Below, one piece after another: positions 49,672-57,203 of a stretch of DNA of 64,000 bases. Under the pieces are notes generated by a model that worked only from the letters and a program-made list of their open reading frames with translations, did no database searches and was not told where the DNA came from. Position 1 is the first letter of the stretch. Every line of letters begins with the position of its first letter. Origin of the DNA: a phage; the sequence record PZ168832.1; one strand, 5' to 3'. The translations under genes were made by a program, and so were the position numbers.

Positions 49672-50316
49672 ATGATTAATGCAAACGTAATATCTAAAGG
49701 GACCGGATGCAGCATGGATGTCGCAGAGAAATGGGTGGACCCTTTCAAGCAGGCTTGTGAGCACTACGGAATCAAAAGCAAGAATGCCATCGCGGCATTC
49801 CTTGCAAACGTAGGAGTAGAGACAGGCAGCTTGAGAACATTTGTGGAAAATCTCAACTACTCTGCACAGGGTCTTGCCAACACGTGGCCTAGCCGTTACA
49901 GCGTCAGCGGTCGTTTCGGTGGCGCACCAAACTCCTTGGCGTTGTCGATTGCCCGTAAACCAATGGAAATCGCCAATAATACATATGCAAACCGAATGGG
50001 AAATGGTTCGGTAGCATCTGGCGACGGTTGGAAGTACCGTGGCCGTGGTGCCATTCAGCTGACTGGAAAGGACAACTATGCAGAGTATTCAAAGCAATCA
50101 GGGTATGACGCCTTGAATAACCCTGACATTTTGACTGAGCCGAAATACATCGCTGACAGCGCGGCGTGGTTCTTCAAGAACAGCGGTTGCATTCCACTTG
50201 CCGATGCGGGTGCATTTGATTCGACCGTGAAGCGGATTAACGGGGCCGCGCCGAATACGGCTAACCATGGGGATTTGCGACGGAAGCGTTACAAGGATGC
50301 ACTAGCAGTTATGTAA
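49672..50316 (+). CDS. endolysin, glycoside hydrolase family 19-like
   Basis: 214 aa; FLANVGVETGSL and YRGRGAIQLTGKDNY resemble GH19 chitinase/lysin motifs. Confidence 0.75.
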   Translation: MINANVISKGTGCSMDVAEKWVDPFKQACEHYGIKSKNAIAAFLANVGVETGSLRTFVENLNYSAQGLANTWPSRYSVSGRFGGAPNSLALSIARKPMEIANNTYANRMGNGSVASGDGWKYRGRGAIQLTGKDNYAEYSKQSGYDALNNPDILTEPKYIADSAAWFFKNSGCIPLADAGAFDSTVKRINGAAPNTANHGDLRRKRYKDALAVM

Positions 50317-50320
50317 GAAA

Positions 50321-50341
50321 AAGGCCCATATGGGCCTTTGT
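50321..50341. terminator. bidirectional terminator (aaaaaggcccatatgggccttt)
   Basis: Palindromic stem flanked by A-run and T-run between convergent genes. Confidence 0.5.
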
Positions 50342-50572
50342 TTATTTCACGGCTTCAACCTGGACTGGCGGCGCGGAACTTGTATCAATGTCTGGCAAGT
50401 CGAAGTAATACCCCGCCATGCCAATCACGCCAACAATCGCGGCCCGTGCCACCTTGTTGCTAATTGACTCCCCAATAAGCTTTACCAACAGGGACAAGAT
50501 TTGAGACGTCAAAGCCTTTTTCAGCCTTTTGTTTTCTTCCAAATCTTTCTGCATAACTACCACCCATGTCAA
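50342..50572 (-). CDS. small protein with one TM segment (76 aa)
   Basis: AAIVGVIGMAGYYF hydrophobic stretch. Confidence 0.35.
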   Translation of the reverse strand: MTWVVVMQKDLEENKRLKKALTSQILSLLVKLIGESISNKVARAAIVGVIGMAGYYFDLPDIDTSSAPPVQVEAVK

Positions 50573-51111
50573 CGCACATCCTGTGTCTTAACATTACCTG
50601 AAGCATCTCTTAAGGGCAGTGGATAGTAGGCCATTTGGTAGTCTGATACGCCTTCAACATGATAAAACACGATTACGTCTTTGCTGTTGATGAGCATGTT
50701 AACGACATCTGATTTATCTTCTGGAGTGAGTATGAGTGCGCCGCCTGTCCTGCTGTCTACTGCAACAGGGTATGTCTTGTCGACAAGGCCGCTGTCCAAT
50801 GTATTATACCTGACAACGATTTCAGCGGCATCAACTTTTGCAATTGACATTCCGAACACAAACGACACGACTTGGCGACCGCGATCATTCATTACGCACA
50901 TCTTTTCCTTATCAAACCTTTCCTTTATCACATCATATTTGTTCCAGCAAAATTCGAACGATTGGCCGTTGTTAAAATATCTCGTTAACACTTTGGCATT
51001 ACTATTTGGCGGCGTAAACATACTTTCAGCCGCTGCACTTTTGGTGAAGAACAAGACTGTCAGCATAGCCATGATGGTGATCAAAACAATCTTTAAAGTT
51101 TTCGATTTCAT
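50569..51111 (-). CDS. secreted/periplasmic protein with N-terminal signal peptide (180 aa)
   Basis: MKSKTLKIVLITIMAMLTVLFFTKSAAAE signal-like N-terminus. Confidence 0.45.
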   Translation of the reverse strand: MKSKTLKIVLITIMAMLTVLFFTKSAAAESMFTPPNSNAKVLTRYFNNGQSFEFCWNKYDVIKERFDKEKMCVMNDRGRQVVSFVFGMSIAKVDAAEIVVRYNTLDSGLVDKTYPVAVDSRTGGALILTPEDKSDVVNMLINSKDVIVFYHVEGVSDYQMAYYPLPLRDASGNVKTQDVR

Positions 51112-51202
51112 TATAATTCACCTTTTGATTACGAATATTAATAGTATAGGCCGAAGGTTTTGAAAGTAAATAAGGCGAAAGGTAAATAAAAGAAAAGCCG
51201 GA

Positions 51203-51228
51203 GATTTCCGGCTTTATGTATACACTGT
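51203..51228 (-). terminator. terminator-like hairpin (agccggagatttccggct) with U-rich flank on minus sense
   Basis: Read directly between ligase and the downstream minus gene. Confidence 0.4.
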
Positions 51229-51287
51229 ATATTAAATTCTATAAAACGACGCGATAGATTATCCGCACCAATTATTTATCTAGTGTC

Positions 51288-52250
51288 TTAAAAATACTCC
51301 ATATCGGTAATATCACGGAAGCATTTATACAAAGCAGAGCGCGGCACATCAACGATGCCAAAGTTAAAGAATTTATACGTTAGATATTTATCGCGATAGT
51401 TCTCGCGATTCTCCCAAAGCATTTTTCTCTCTGCCATAGGCATTGAACCAGCGGATACGCGGAAAGGAATCATTTCACCTTTTTCATCCACATATTTTGG
51501 ATTGACGACTACGAATGAGCCAAGGTGTCCTTTCGCAACTAAACCTTCAGCCTCTTTTGAACGCTTGGTGCGACCCAATTCGTCAATGAATGCTTCGTTG
51601 TTGTTCTCCATCATCTCAACGAAGTCTATGATCAATCCTTCTTCATCCGTCCACGGCTTGTCCTTCCACACATCACGTGACTTCGGCGTCGCGCGGCCAT
51701 GCTTGTATTTGCCCGTCCAAGACTTGCCATACAAGCCTTCATATCCAAGCTGGTCTGCTTCGATTTGCATCGCCGCGTACTGTTCCATATTTTCGATGTT
51801 TCGATATTCGAGAGCGCGAAGGAATGGGCGTCGACCATGGTTGATGAGATGTTGATTAACTTCAGCAACTCTGGCTCGATAGTTTGCATAACGCTTTTCA
51901 AAAGGCAGATCAGGGTCGCTGAAGTCATCAAACACCCACCATGTAAAGTTAGTTATTGCGTCAGTATTCATGCATGCAGTATAGGCCTGTTGCATTACGT
52001 TCTTATCATTTGGATTGCCGTCGATTAGCTCTCCATCAAGTCCGTGAATTAGTTCACCCAAAAAGAGGAACTCTTTTTTGATTTGAACGTTGCGCAACGG
52101 CATGCCGGAAGTGCCCATTGGCAAGTTGTCATACGCCATTGCACGTATGCCATCGACCTTGAATGACAGTCCGCAAGGCAGCGGCACGTCTTCGCCGCGC
52201 TCGATAATCTGCTTACGTTGGCAACCCTTCATTGGTTTTAATGCTGTCAT
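51288..52250 (-). CDS. ATP-dependent DNA ligase
   Basis: 320 aa; motif I FKVDGIRA (KxDG), motif III-like LDGELIDG. Confidence 0.7.
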   Translation of the reverse strand: MTALKPMKGCQRKQIIERGEDVPLPCGLSFKVDGIRAMAYDNLPMGTSGMPLRNVQIKKEFLFLGELIHGLDGELIDGNPNDKNVMQQAYTACMNTDAITNFTWWVFDDFSDPDLPFEKRYANYRARVAEVNQHLINHGRRPFLRALEYRNIENMEQYAAMQIEADQLGYEGLYGKSWTGKYKHGRATPKSRDVWKDKPWTDEEGLIIDFVEMMENNNEAFIDELGRTKRSKEAEGLVAKGHLGSFVVVNPKYVDEKGEMIPFRVSAGSMPMAERKMLWENRENYRDKYLTYKFFNFGIVDVPRSALYKCFRDITDMEYF

Positions 52251-52252
52251 AA

Positions 52253-52876
52253 TTATTGTCCTGTAACTTCTCTGATCACACGGTCTTCAAGTTCCAGCTT
52301 CTTTACCATTTTGCAGGAGTGCTCATAAGCTGGATCAGTCGATTTGATAAACGTGCCGTTGTACATGACACCTTTGCGGTCCTTGATGTCTTCGTAGGCC
52401 GCTTGCGCACAGTCGGATAATCGAAGGCCATAATCATGAGCTACGCCGGAAAGGTAATCGACTGCGGCCATGATAGTGACGTCAATATCCATGGCCTGAT
52501 TCTTGGCAATAGCATCACCAAGTCGTCCAAGGGTCTTTGCCAGGCGAAGGATAAATGAATGAGGGTGAGCGCCCTTATCAGCGCAACCGCCGCCATTAAT
52601 GTTTTCGATTTCAGTACCGTTTTGCGCTGCCAGGATGGCCAACACAACAAGGCAATCGCCGATGTCGTCCTTAATTGCCGCCTGCAAGTCACAGATGGCC
52701 TGCTCTGTATATCCAATTTCAGGGTCAAAGAACACAAGGTCATGGAGTTGATCAACGTGGTCGGTTAACTCCCCAAACTCGCTGATAAGCTTCGGATATT
52801 GGTCTTTAAGGTCGCAACCTTGGATGATGTTACGGTCAGAAGCCCACTGGCGAATGTTTGCATAAATCTGGTTCAT
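52253..52876 (-). CDS. possible MazG-like nucleotide pyrophosphohydrolase
   Basis: 207 aa; KLISEFGELTDHV resembles the EExGE-type helix; weak call. Confidence 0.3.
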   Translation of the reverse strand: MNQIYANIRQWASDRNIIQGCDLKDQYPKLISEFGELTDHVDQLHDLVFFDPEIGYTEQAICDLQAAIKDDIGDCLVVLAILAAQNGTEIENINGGGCADKGAHPHSFILRLAKTLGRLGDAIAKNQAMDIDVTIMAAVDYLSGVAHDYGLRLSDCAQAAYEDIKDRKGVMYNGTFIKSTDPAYEHSCKMVKKLELEDRVIREVTGQ

Positions 52877-53391
52877 TTATTTTCCTTTGATGCATTTAAT
52901 TGATCGATTTTTATTTTAGCCTGATTATAAGTATCAATCAAGCTATTAACTTTCTCTTTTAATCGGTTTGTTTCTGCGGCGAACTGAACAAGAAATCTGA
53001 CATCCTCTTCTGATAGTCCACAGTTTCCTTCTGGGATAGAGAGGCGTCCAGTGGTCGCAGAGTCGGGCACACTCCTGAGTAACTCACGGGAGCAGCTGAG
53101 TTGCTCGCGCAGCTTGATATTCCCAGACTTGTAACGAGCAATAGTGTCATCAGCAACCAGTTGCGCTTCCTGGCGACCCTTCTCATATGCCGATGCCGAT
53201 TCAACCTGTAAAGTTGCAATTTGCTCTTCGAGTGCATTTATCTTGTCCTTACGCTCATTAAGCGATGTCAGATATTGATTATCCTTGGCCAGTGATGCGT
53301 TGGTTTGCTGCAGGTCTTCAACGTATGATCCAGCGGCAAACGCACCAACAAGGGCCAGAATCTTCAGGAGCGGTACAATTCTTTCTATCAT
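52873..53391 (-). CDS. i-spanin-like protein (Rz-like)
   Basis: N-terminal TM (LLKILALVGAFAAG) followed by coiled-coil; contains an embedded +1-frame lipoprotein ORF. Confidence 0.45.
   Translation of the reverse strand: MIERIVPLLKILALVGAFAAGSYVEDLQQTNASLAKDNQYLTSLNERKDKINALEEQIATLQVESASAYEKGRQEAQLVADDTIARYKSGNIKLREQLSCSRELLRSVPDSATTGRLSIPEGNCGLSEEDVRFLVQFAAETNRLKEKVNSLIDTYNQAKIKIDQLNASKENK
52959..53186 (-). CDS. o-spanin-like embedded lipoprotein (Rz1-like)
   Basis: Track ORF 52959..53237 from internal Met: MRRVARKRNWLLMTLLLVTSLGISSC, signal peptide plus lipobox ISSC; entirely inside the i-spanin-like gene in another frame. Confidence 0.4.
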   Translation of the reverse strand: MRRVARKRNWLLMTLLLVTSLGISSCASNSAAPVSYSGVCPTLRPLDASLSQKETVDYQKRMSDFLFSSPQKQTD

Positions 53392-53448
53392 GATGCACCA
53401 GATAAATAAAAGGCCGCCAAACGGCAGCCTTGTTGATTTGATTGTCGA

Positions 53449-54309
53449 TTAAAACTCTTCTGCGTCGGTCGGAGTTTCATTGACAGGACCAGCGGCACCG
53501 CTTGCTTCTTCCTGCTTGCTGCGGTCGATGTTAACGTTACCGCCAACTACGTCGTTGTGGAATGCCTTGGCGACTTCGTACAGGCCTTTGTCCTGCACCA
53601 GACCTTCCAGCTCAAACTTCAGAACAGACCAGGTGTTGCCGTCTTTGGACTGGGATGCAGTACCCATGCGAACGATGTTCATAAAGGTCGGCGGCGTTTT
53701 CAGACCCTGCGGAGTCTGAACTTTCTTCTGCTGCAGCGCGGTCATCAGCATGCGAGACGGCTTGATCATGGAAGAAGTCAGAGACAGCATTGCGCTACCA
53801 AATTCACCAGTTTCTTCGTTCAACAGAATCACAAAGTGGTTGCGTGTATCTGCGTAGTAAGGCGATTTCTTCTCGTGCACCTTGCCGTTTTCGTCTGGCA
53901 CAAACACCTTACCGTTGATCTCAACAGCGCGGCCTGCCGCGACTTCTGCATCAACGTGCTCTTTGGTGAATTCACCTTTAAAGCCTTTATCGTCGGACTC
54001 GCGACCGCCCCAAAGAATGAAGGTGCGTTTGAATGCGCAAGGGATGATCTGCACGCCTTTCTTGCCGTCATACAACTCACCAGTAACGGTGTTGTAAAGC
54101 ATGCCAGCTTTTGCGCCAGGAACGTGTTTTGGATCATCTTCGTCGACCATAGGAGACATCTTCTGCAGTACGACGATAAAAGGAATGGCATACGCATCGG
54201 CATCGGCACCTTCAAAACCAGCGCCAAAATCGGTCATGTCGACAAAATCAGCCATAGCGGACATCTGGGTGTTTTTCACTGCAACTTCGGTGGTTTCTTT
54301 CTTAGACAT
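53449..54309 (-). CDS. possible single-stranded DNA-binding protein
   Basis: 286 aa; acidic C-terminal tail ending in Phe (...ETPTDAEEF), as in T7 gp2.5-type SSBs; replication-operon context. Weak. Confidence 0.3.
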   Translation of the reverse strand: MSKKETTEVAVKNTQMSAMADFVDMTDFGAGFEGADADAYAIPFIVVLQKMSPMVDEDDPKHVPGAKAGMLYNTVTGELYDGKKGVQIIPCAFKRTFILWGGRESDDKGFKGEFTKEHVDAEVAAGRAVEINGKVFVPDENGKVHEKKSPYYADTRNHFVILLNEETGEFGSAMLSLTSSMIKPSRMLMTALQQKKVQTPQGLKTPPTFMNIVRMGTASQSKDGNTWSVLKFELEGLVQDKGLYEVAKAFHNDVVGGNVNIDRSKQEEASGAAGPVNETPTDAEEF

Positions 54310-54368
54310 TTGATATTTTCCTATAGTATCAAGTTTCGTGGCAACCTGATTTCAAGATAAAGGTTAAA

Positions 54369-54926
54369 TTACTTTTTGCTTTTAGGCAAGGTTATTTTAG
54401 CTTCTTTGTATTCAAAAACGCTAATATCTTCACTAACTGGATTGCCCGCTTCCAGCTGTTCTTTTACAAACGACTTCAGTGTAGCAGAATGAACGCCTTG
54501 TTTCAACGTGGCTTCAACACCATCTTCACGCAGCGCGGCAACAATCTCTTGCGCCTGTTCGATTTCTTCGCGACCGAACTCAGCCGTGACGCTGGACTTG
54601 ATCAAGCCGCCGTAACCGTTGTTGACAAGCCAATCGAAAACTTTTAATTCGTTTTCTTTCTTGATTGAAGCGTTCACCTTGGACTCGACCTTGATTTTGG
54701 TCTTGTCCTCAAGCTTGATTTCGGACACGCCAAGCTCATCCATAACGCCAGGAAGCAGAACAGTTTTGATTTCACTGATGCGCTGCTTTTGCATATCAGC
54801 TTCATCTTCAAGCTTTGTCAAAACTTCTTGTCGTTCTGCCAGTTCAGACACTAAGCGCGCAAGGCGCTCTTGAATGCTCTCAGGAGCAACCTGCGGCAAA
54901 TCATCTTCCCAATTAATATTGCTCAT
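54369..54926 (-). CDS. hypothetical protein with coiled-coil N-terminus (185 aa)
   Basis: ORF track. Confidence 0.4.
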   Translation of the reverse strand: MSNINWEDDLPQVAPESIQERLARLVSELAERQEVLTKLEDEADMQKQRISEIKTVLLPGVMDELGVSEIKLEDKTKIKVESKVNASIKKENELKVFDWLVNNGYGGLIKSSVTAEFGREEIEQAQEIVAALREDGVEATLKQGVHSATLKSFVKEQLEAGNPVSEDISVFEYKEAKITLPKSKK

Positions 54927-55186
54927 ATTTTACCTTCTTGCATTAGCCCTTCAACACGGGTCATTTGATAACGTTCAGGCTTCCAAGCCGCCAAAGCCTT
55001 CTCAGCGCCTTTTAAGGTTTTATATGCCTTGATGCCAGGCATAATAACGGTATTCACCCCAGCACCGTTGCCATAATCAAACTCTTTAACAACGCGGAAC
55101 ATACCGTCAATTTCTTTGACCAAAAGACGTTTGAAAGCGATTGCGCCAGTAGCTTCATTTTTGTAACGTTCAAGGATGCGTACCAT
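54923..55186 (-). CDS. hypothetical protein (87 aa)
   Basis: ORF track. Confidence 0.4.
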   Translation of the reverse strand: MVRILERYKNEATGAIAFKRLLVKEIDGMFRVVKEFDYGNGAGVNTVIMPGIKAYKTLKGAEKALAAWKPERYQMTRVEGLMQEGKI

Positions 55187-55260
55187 TTTGTGTTCCTCTG
55201 TTTCGTTTCGATGAAGTAATTATGACTCATCTTCCATGACAAGTCAAATTATTTTTGATA

Positions 55261-56784
55261 TTAATTCATCTTTTTGCCGTCGAGGATGTGATCAGCAAGC
55301 ATAGATTTCATGCTCAGTGAACGCTGAATTTCTTCGTCGATGGTATCAACGCCAATAAAATCAACATACAACACGCTTGATTTGGTGCCGATGCGGTGAT
55401 TTCGGTCTTCGGATTGCTTGCGCAACTCGTTGTCATAGTTGCAAGAATAATAGATTGCCAAGTCGGCGGCTGTAAGCGTGATTCCGATGCCTGCCGCTGC
55501 AGCGTGACAAACAAGCACTTGCGTCCCACCGTTCTCGACTGTGTTCTTCTGGAAGTCATCAATCAAGAACTCACGCTGCTCTTTTGACGTCTCACCGTTA
55601 TATAAACCAGTGACCACTCCTTCAGACTCAAGCCAATCCTTAATCTGGTTCATCTCTTCCTTAAAGATGGCCCAAACAATGAATTTGCGCTCTGGGTCGT
55701 CTTCCAGCACCCCTTCCACATAGTCCTTAAAGGCCGTGAATCGTGGGTTGTCTTCCATGTAGACCATCTCATCATACACCTTAACAAAGCCTGATGTAAC
55801 CTGCTTCATCTTAGTGCGAGATGCGATCATCTCAAACTTAACGTTTTCTTCTTCGCCCTTGTATTCCATCAAATAGTTGTACTCATTCTTGAGTTCATCG
55901 TAGACATCGCGTTGTTTAGGCGACAGCTCGAAGTCGATAAACTTATACACCTTCTCTGGAAGGTCAGGCAAGTATTCCGCTTTTGTCGCACGAAAATAGT
56001 GCGGTTCCATCAGCCGGATAAGCTTGTCAAGGTTTTTGTACATCGGTCGGCCAAACTGGTCTTTGCGCGGCACTTGCGGAATCCCATGGCCATTGCCGCC
56101 GATTTTCTTGAGAATGGCCTGCATCTCTGGGTCGTGCGCTTCAAGCAGCACCGTGAATTCAGAATTGAATGCACGGAACGATTTTGTGCCAAGCAAGCCA
56201 GCTTCAAGGAAGTGATACTGCATGTAAATATCAGCAGGCGAGCGCGGCAGCGGCGTACCGGAAAGGATTCGACGGGCCTTTGCCAGCCGTCCCAATTCCA
56301 CAACCTTGATGGAGCGTTTGGCTGTGTTATTTTTGATACGCGTCGATTCATCAATGATCATCAAACAGCGGTACTTCTTCAGGACGGACTCAATGTGTTG
56401 ATAACCGACTGGCGTATTCACCGTATCAATGTTGAATGAGAAGATGCGCGCAGGCACTTCACCTTCAGGGTAGTGATCAGCAAACATCTTCTCCCAAAGC
56501 GCCTTGCCCTTTTTAGTCTTCATCTTGTCATTGCCGCGCCAGTAATGCCCAATCCACTTGATGGAAAGGTGTTCTGGTGCTTCACGACGAATCCAGTTTG
56601 AGTGCACACCGTTAGGAGCGATGACAACCATGGCATCAAATGCGCCAGCGGCGAAGTGTTTTTCAAACTCTGCCAAAGCAGTCCAGGTTTTGCCAAGACC
56701 CTGCTCCATGAAATAAGCAAAGTATTTTCTGCGGCCTGCTTTATCAAGCGCCAATAATTGGTGGCGCATTCCTTGTGTTTTCAT
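55261..56784 (-). CDS. SNF2-family ATP-dependent helicase
   Basis: 507 aa; Walker A MEQGLGKTWTAL, DExx box MIIDESTRIKN, C-terminal helicase domain. Confidence 0.8.
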   Translation of the reverse strand: MKTQGMRHQLLALDKAGRRKYFAYFMEQGLGKTWTALAEFEKHFAAGAFDAMVVIAPNGVHSNWIRREAPEHLSIKWIGHYWRGNDKMKTKKGKALWEKMFADHYPEGEVPARIFSFNIDTVNTPVGYQHIESVLKKYRCLMIIDESTRIKNNTAKRSIKVVELGRLAKARRILSGTPLPRSPADIYMQYHFLEAGLLGTKSFRAFNSEFTVLLEAHDPEMQAILKKIGGNGHGIPQVPRKDQFGRPMYKNLDKLIRLMEPHYFRATKAEYLPDLPEKVYKFIDFELSPKQRDVYDELKNEYNYLMEYKGEEENVKFEMIASRTKMKQVTSGFVKVYDEMVYMEDNPRFTAFKDYVEGVLEDDPERKFIVWAIFKEEMNQIKDWLESEGVVTGLYNGETSKEQREFLIDDFQKNTVENGGTQVLVCHAAAAGIGITLTAADLAIYYSCNYDNELRKQSEDRNHRIGTKSSVLYVDFIGVDTIDEEIQRSLSMKSMLADHILDGKKMN

Positions 56785-57203
56785 GACAATTCCTCTAAAT
56801 ACTTGATGATGTGATGAATAGTTCCCTTCACGATTATCTCACGTTGAACGTCTGCAGTATTATAACGCTTTAATTCAATAGAAGGGTGGACTAAATAAAA
56901 CATCTTCTCAGAATCAACCTTAAGCAAAACGAATGATGGGTATCGCCAATCATTCCACGAAGAAAGGAAGCTGCACTGTCCTTTCTCAAATGCATTTCTG
57001 AAAGGTGCAGTGGTTGCCCTTGCAGGCCACGATTCAAAGAACTTCATTTCAAGCCAAAAGCCGCGCCCTTTCCGGTTGGTGCCGATTACGTCCGGCACGC
57101 CATCACCAGTCATTGACTCGATTCGTTGAAGCTTCAATACCGATTCTGAATGCTTCTTCAAAGGCACGAATATGTATTTCTGCTCACGGTTATTTGTTGC
57201 CAT
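56781..57203 (-). CDS. VRR-NUC-type PD-(D/E)xK nuclease
   Basis: 140 aa; GVPDVIG ... WLEMKF pattern; directly downstream of and overlapping the SNF2 helicase gene. Confidence 0.5.
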   Translation of the reverse strand: MATNNREQKYIFVPLKKHSESVLKLQRIESMTGDGVPDVIGTNRKGRGFWLEMKFFESWPARATTAPFRNAFEKGQCSFLSSWNDWRYPSFVLLKVDSEKMFYLVHPSIELKRYNTADVQREIIVKGTIHHIIKYLEELS

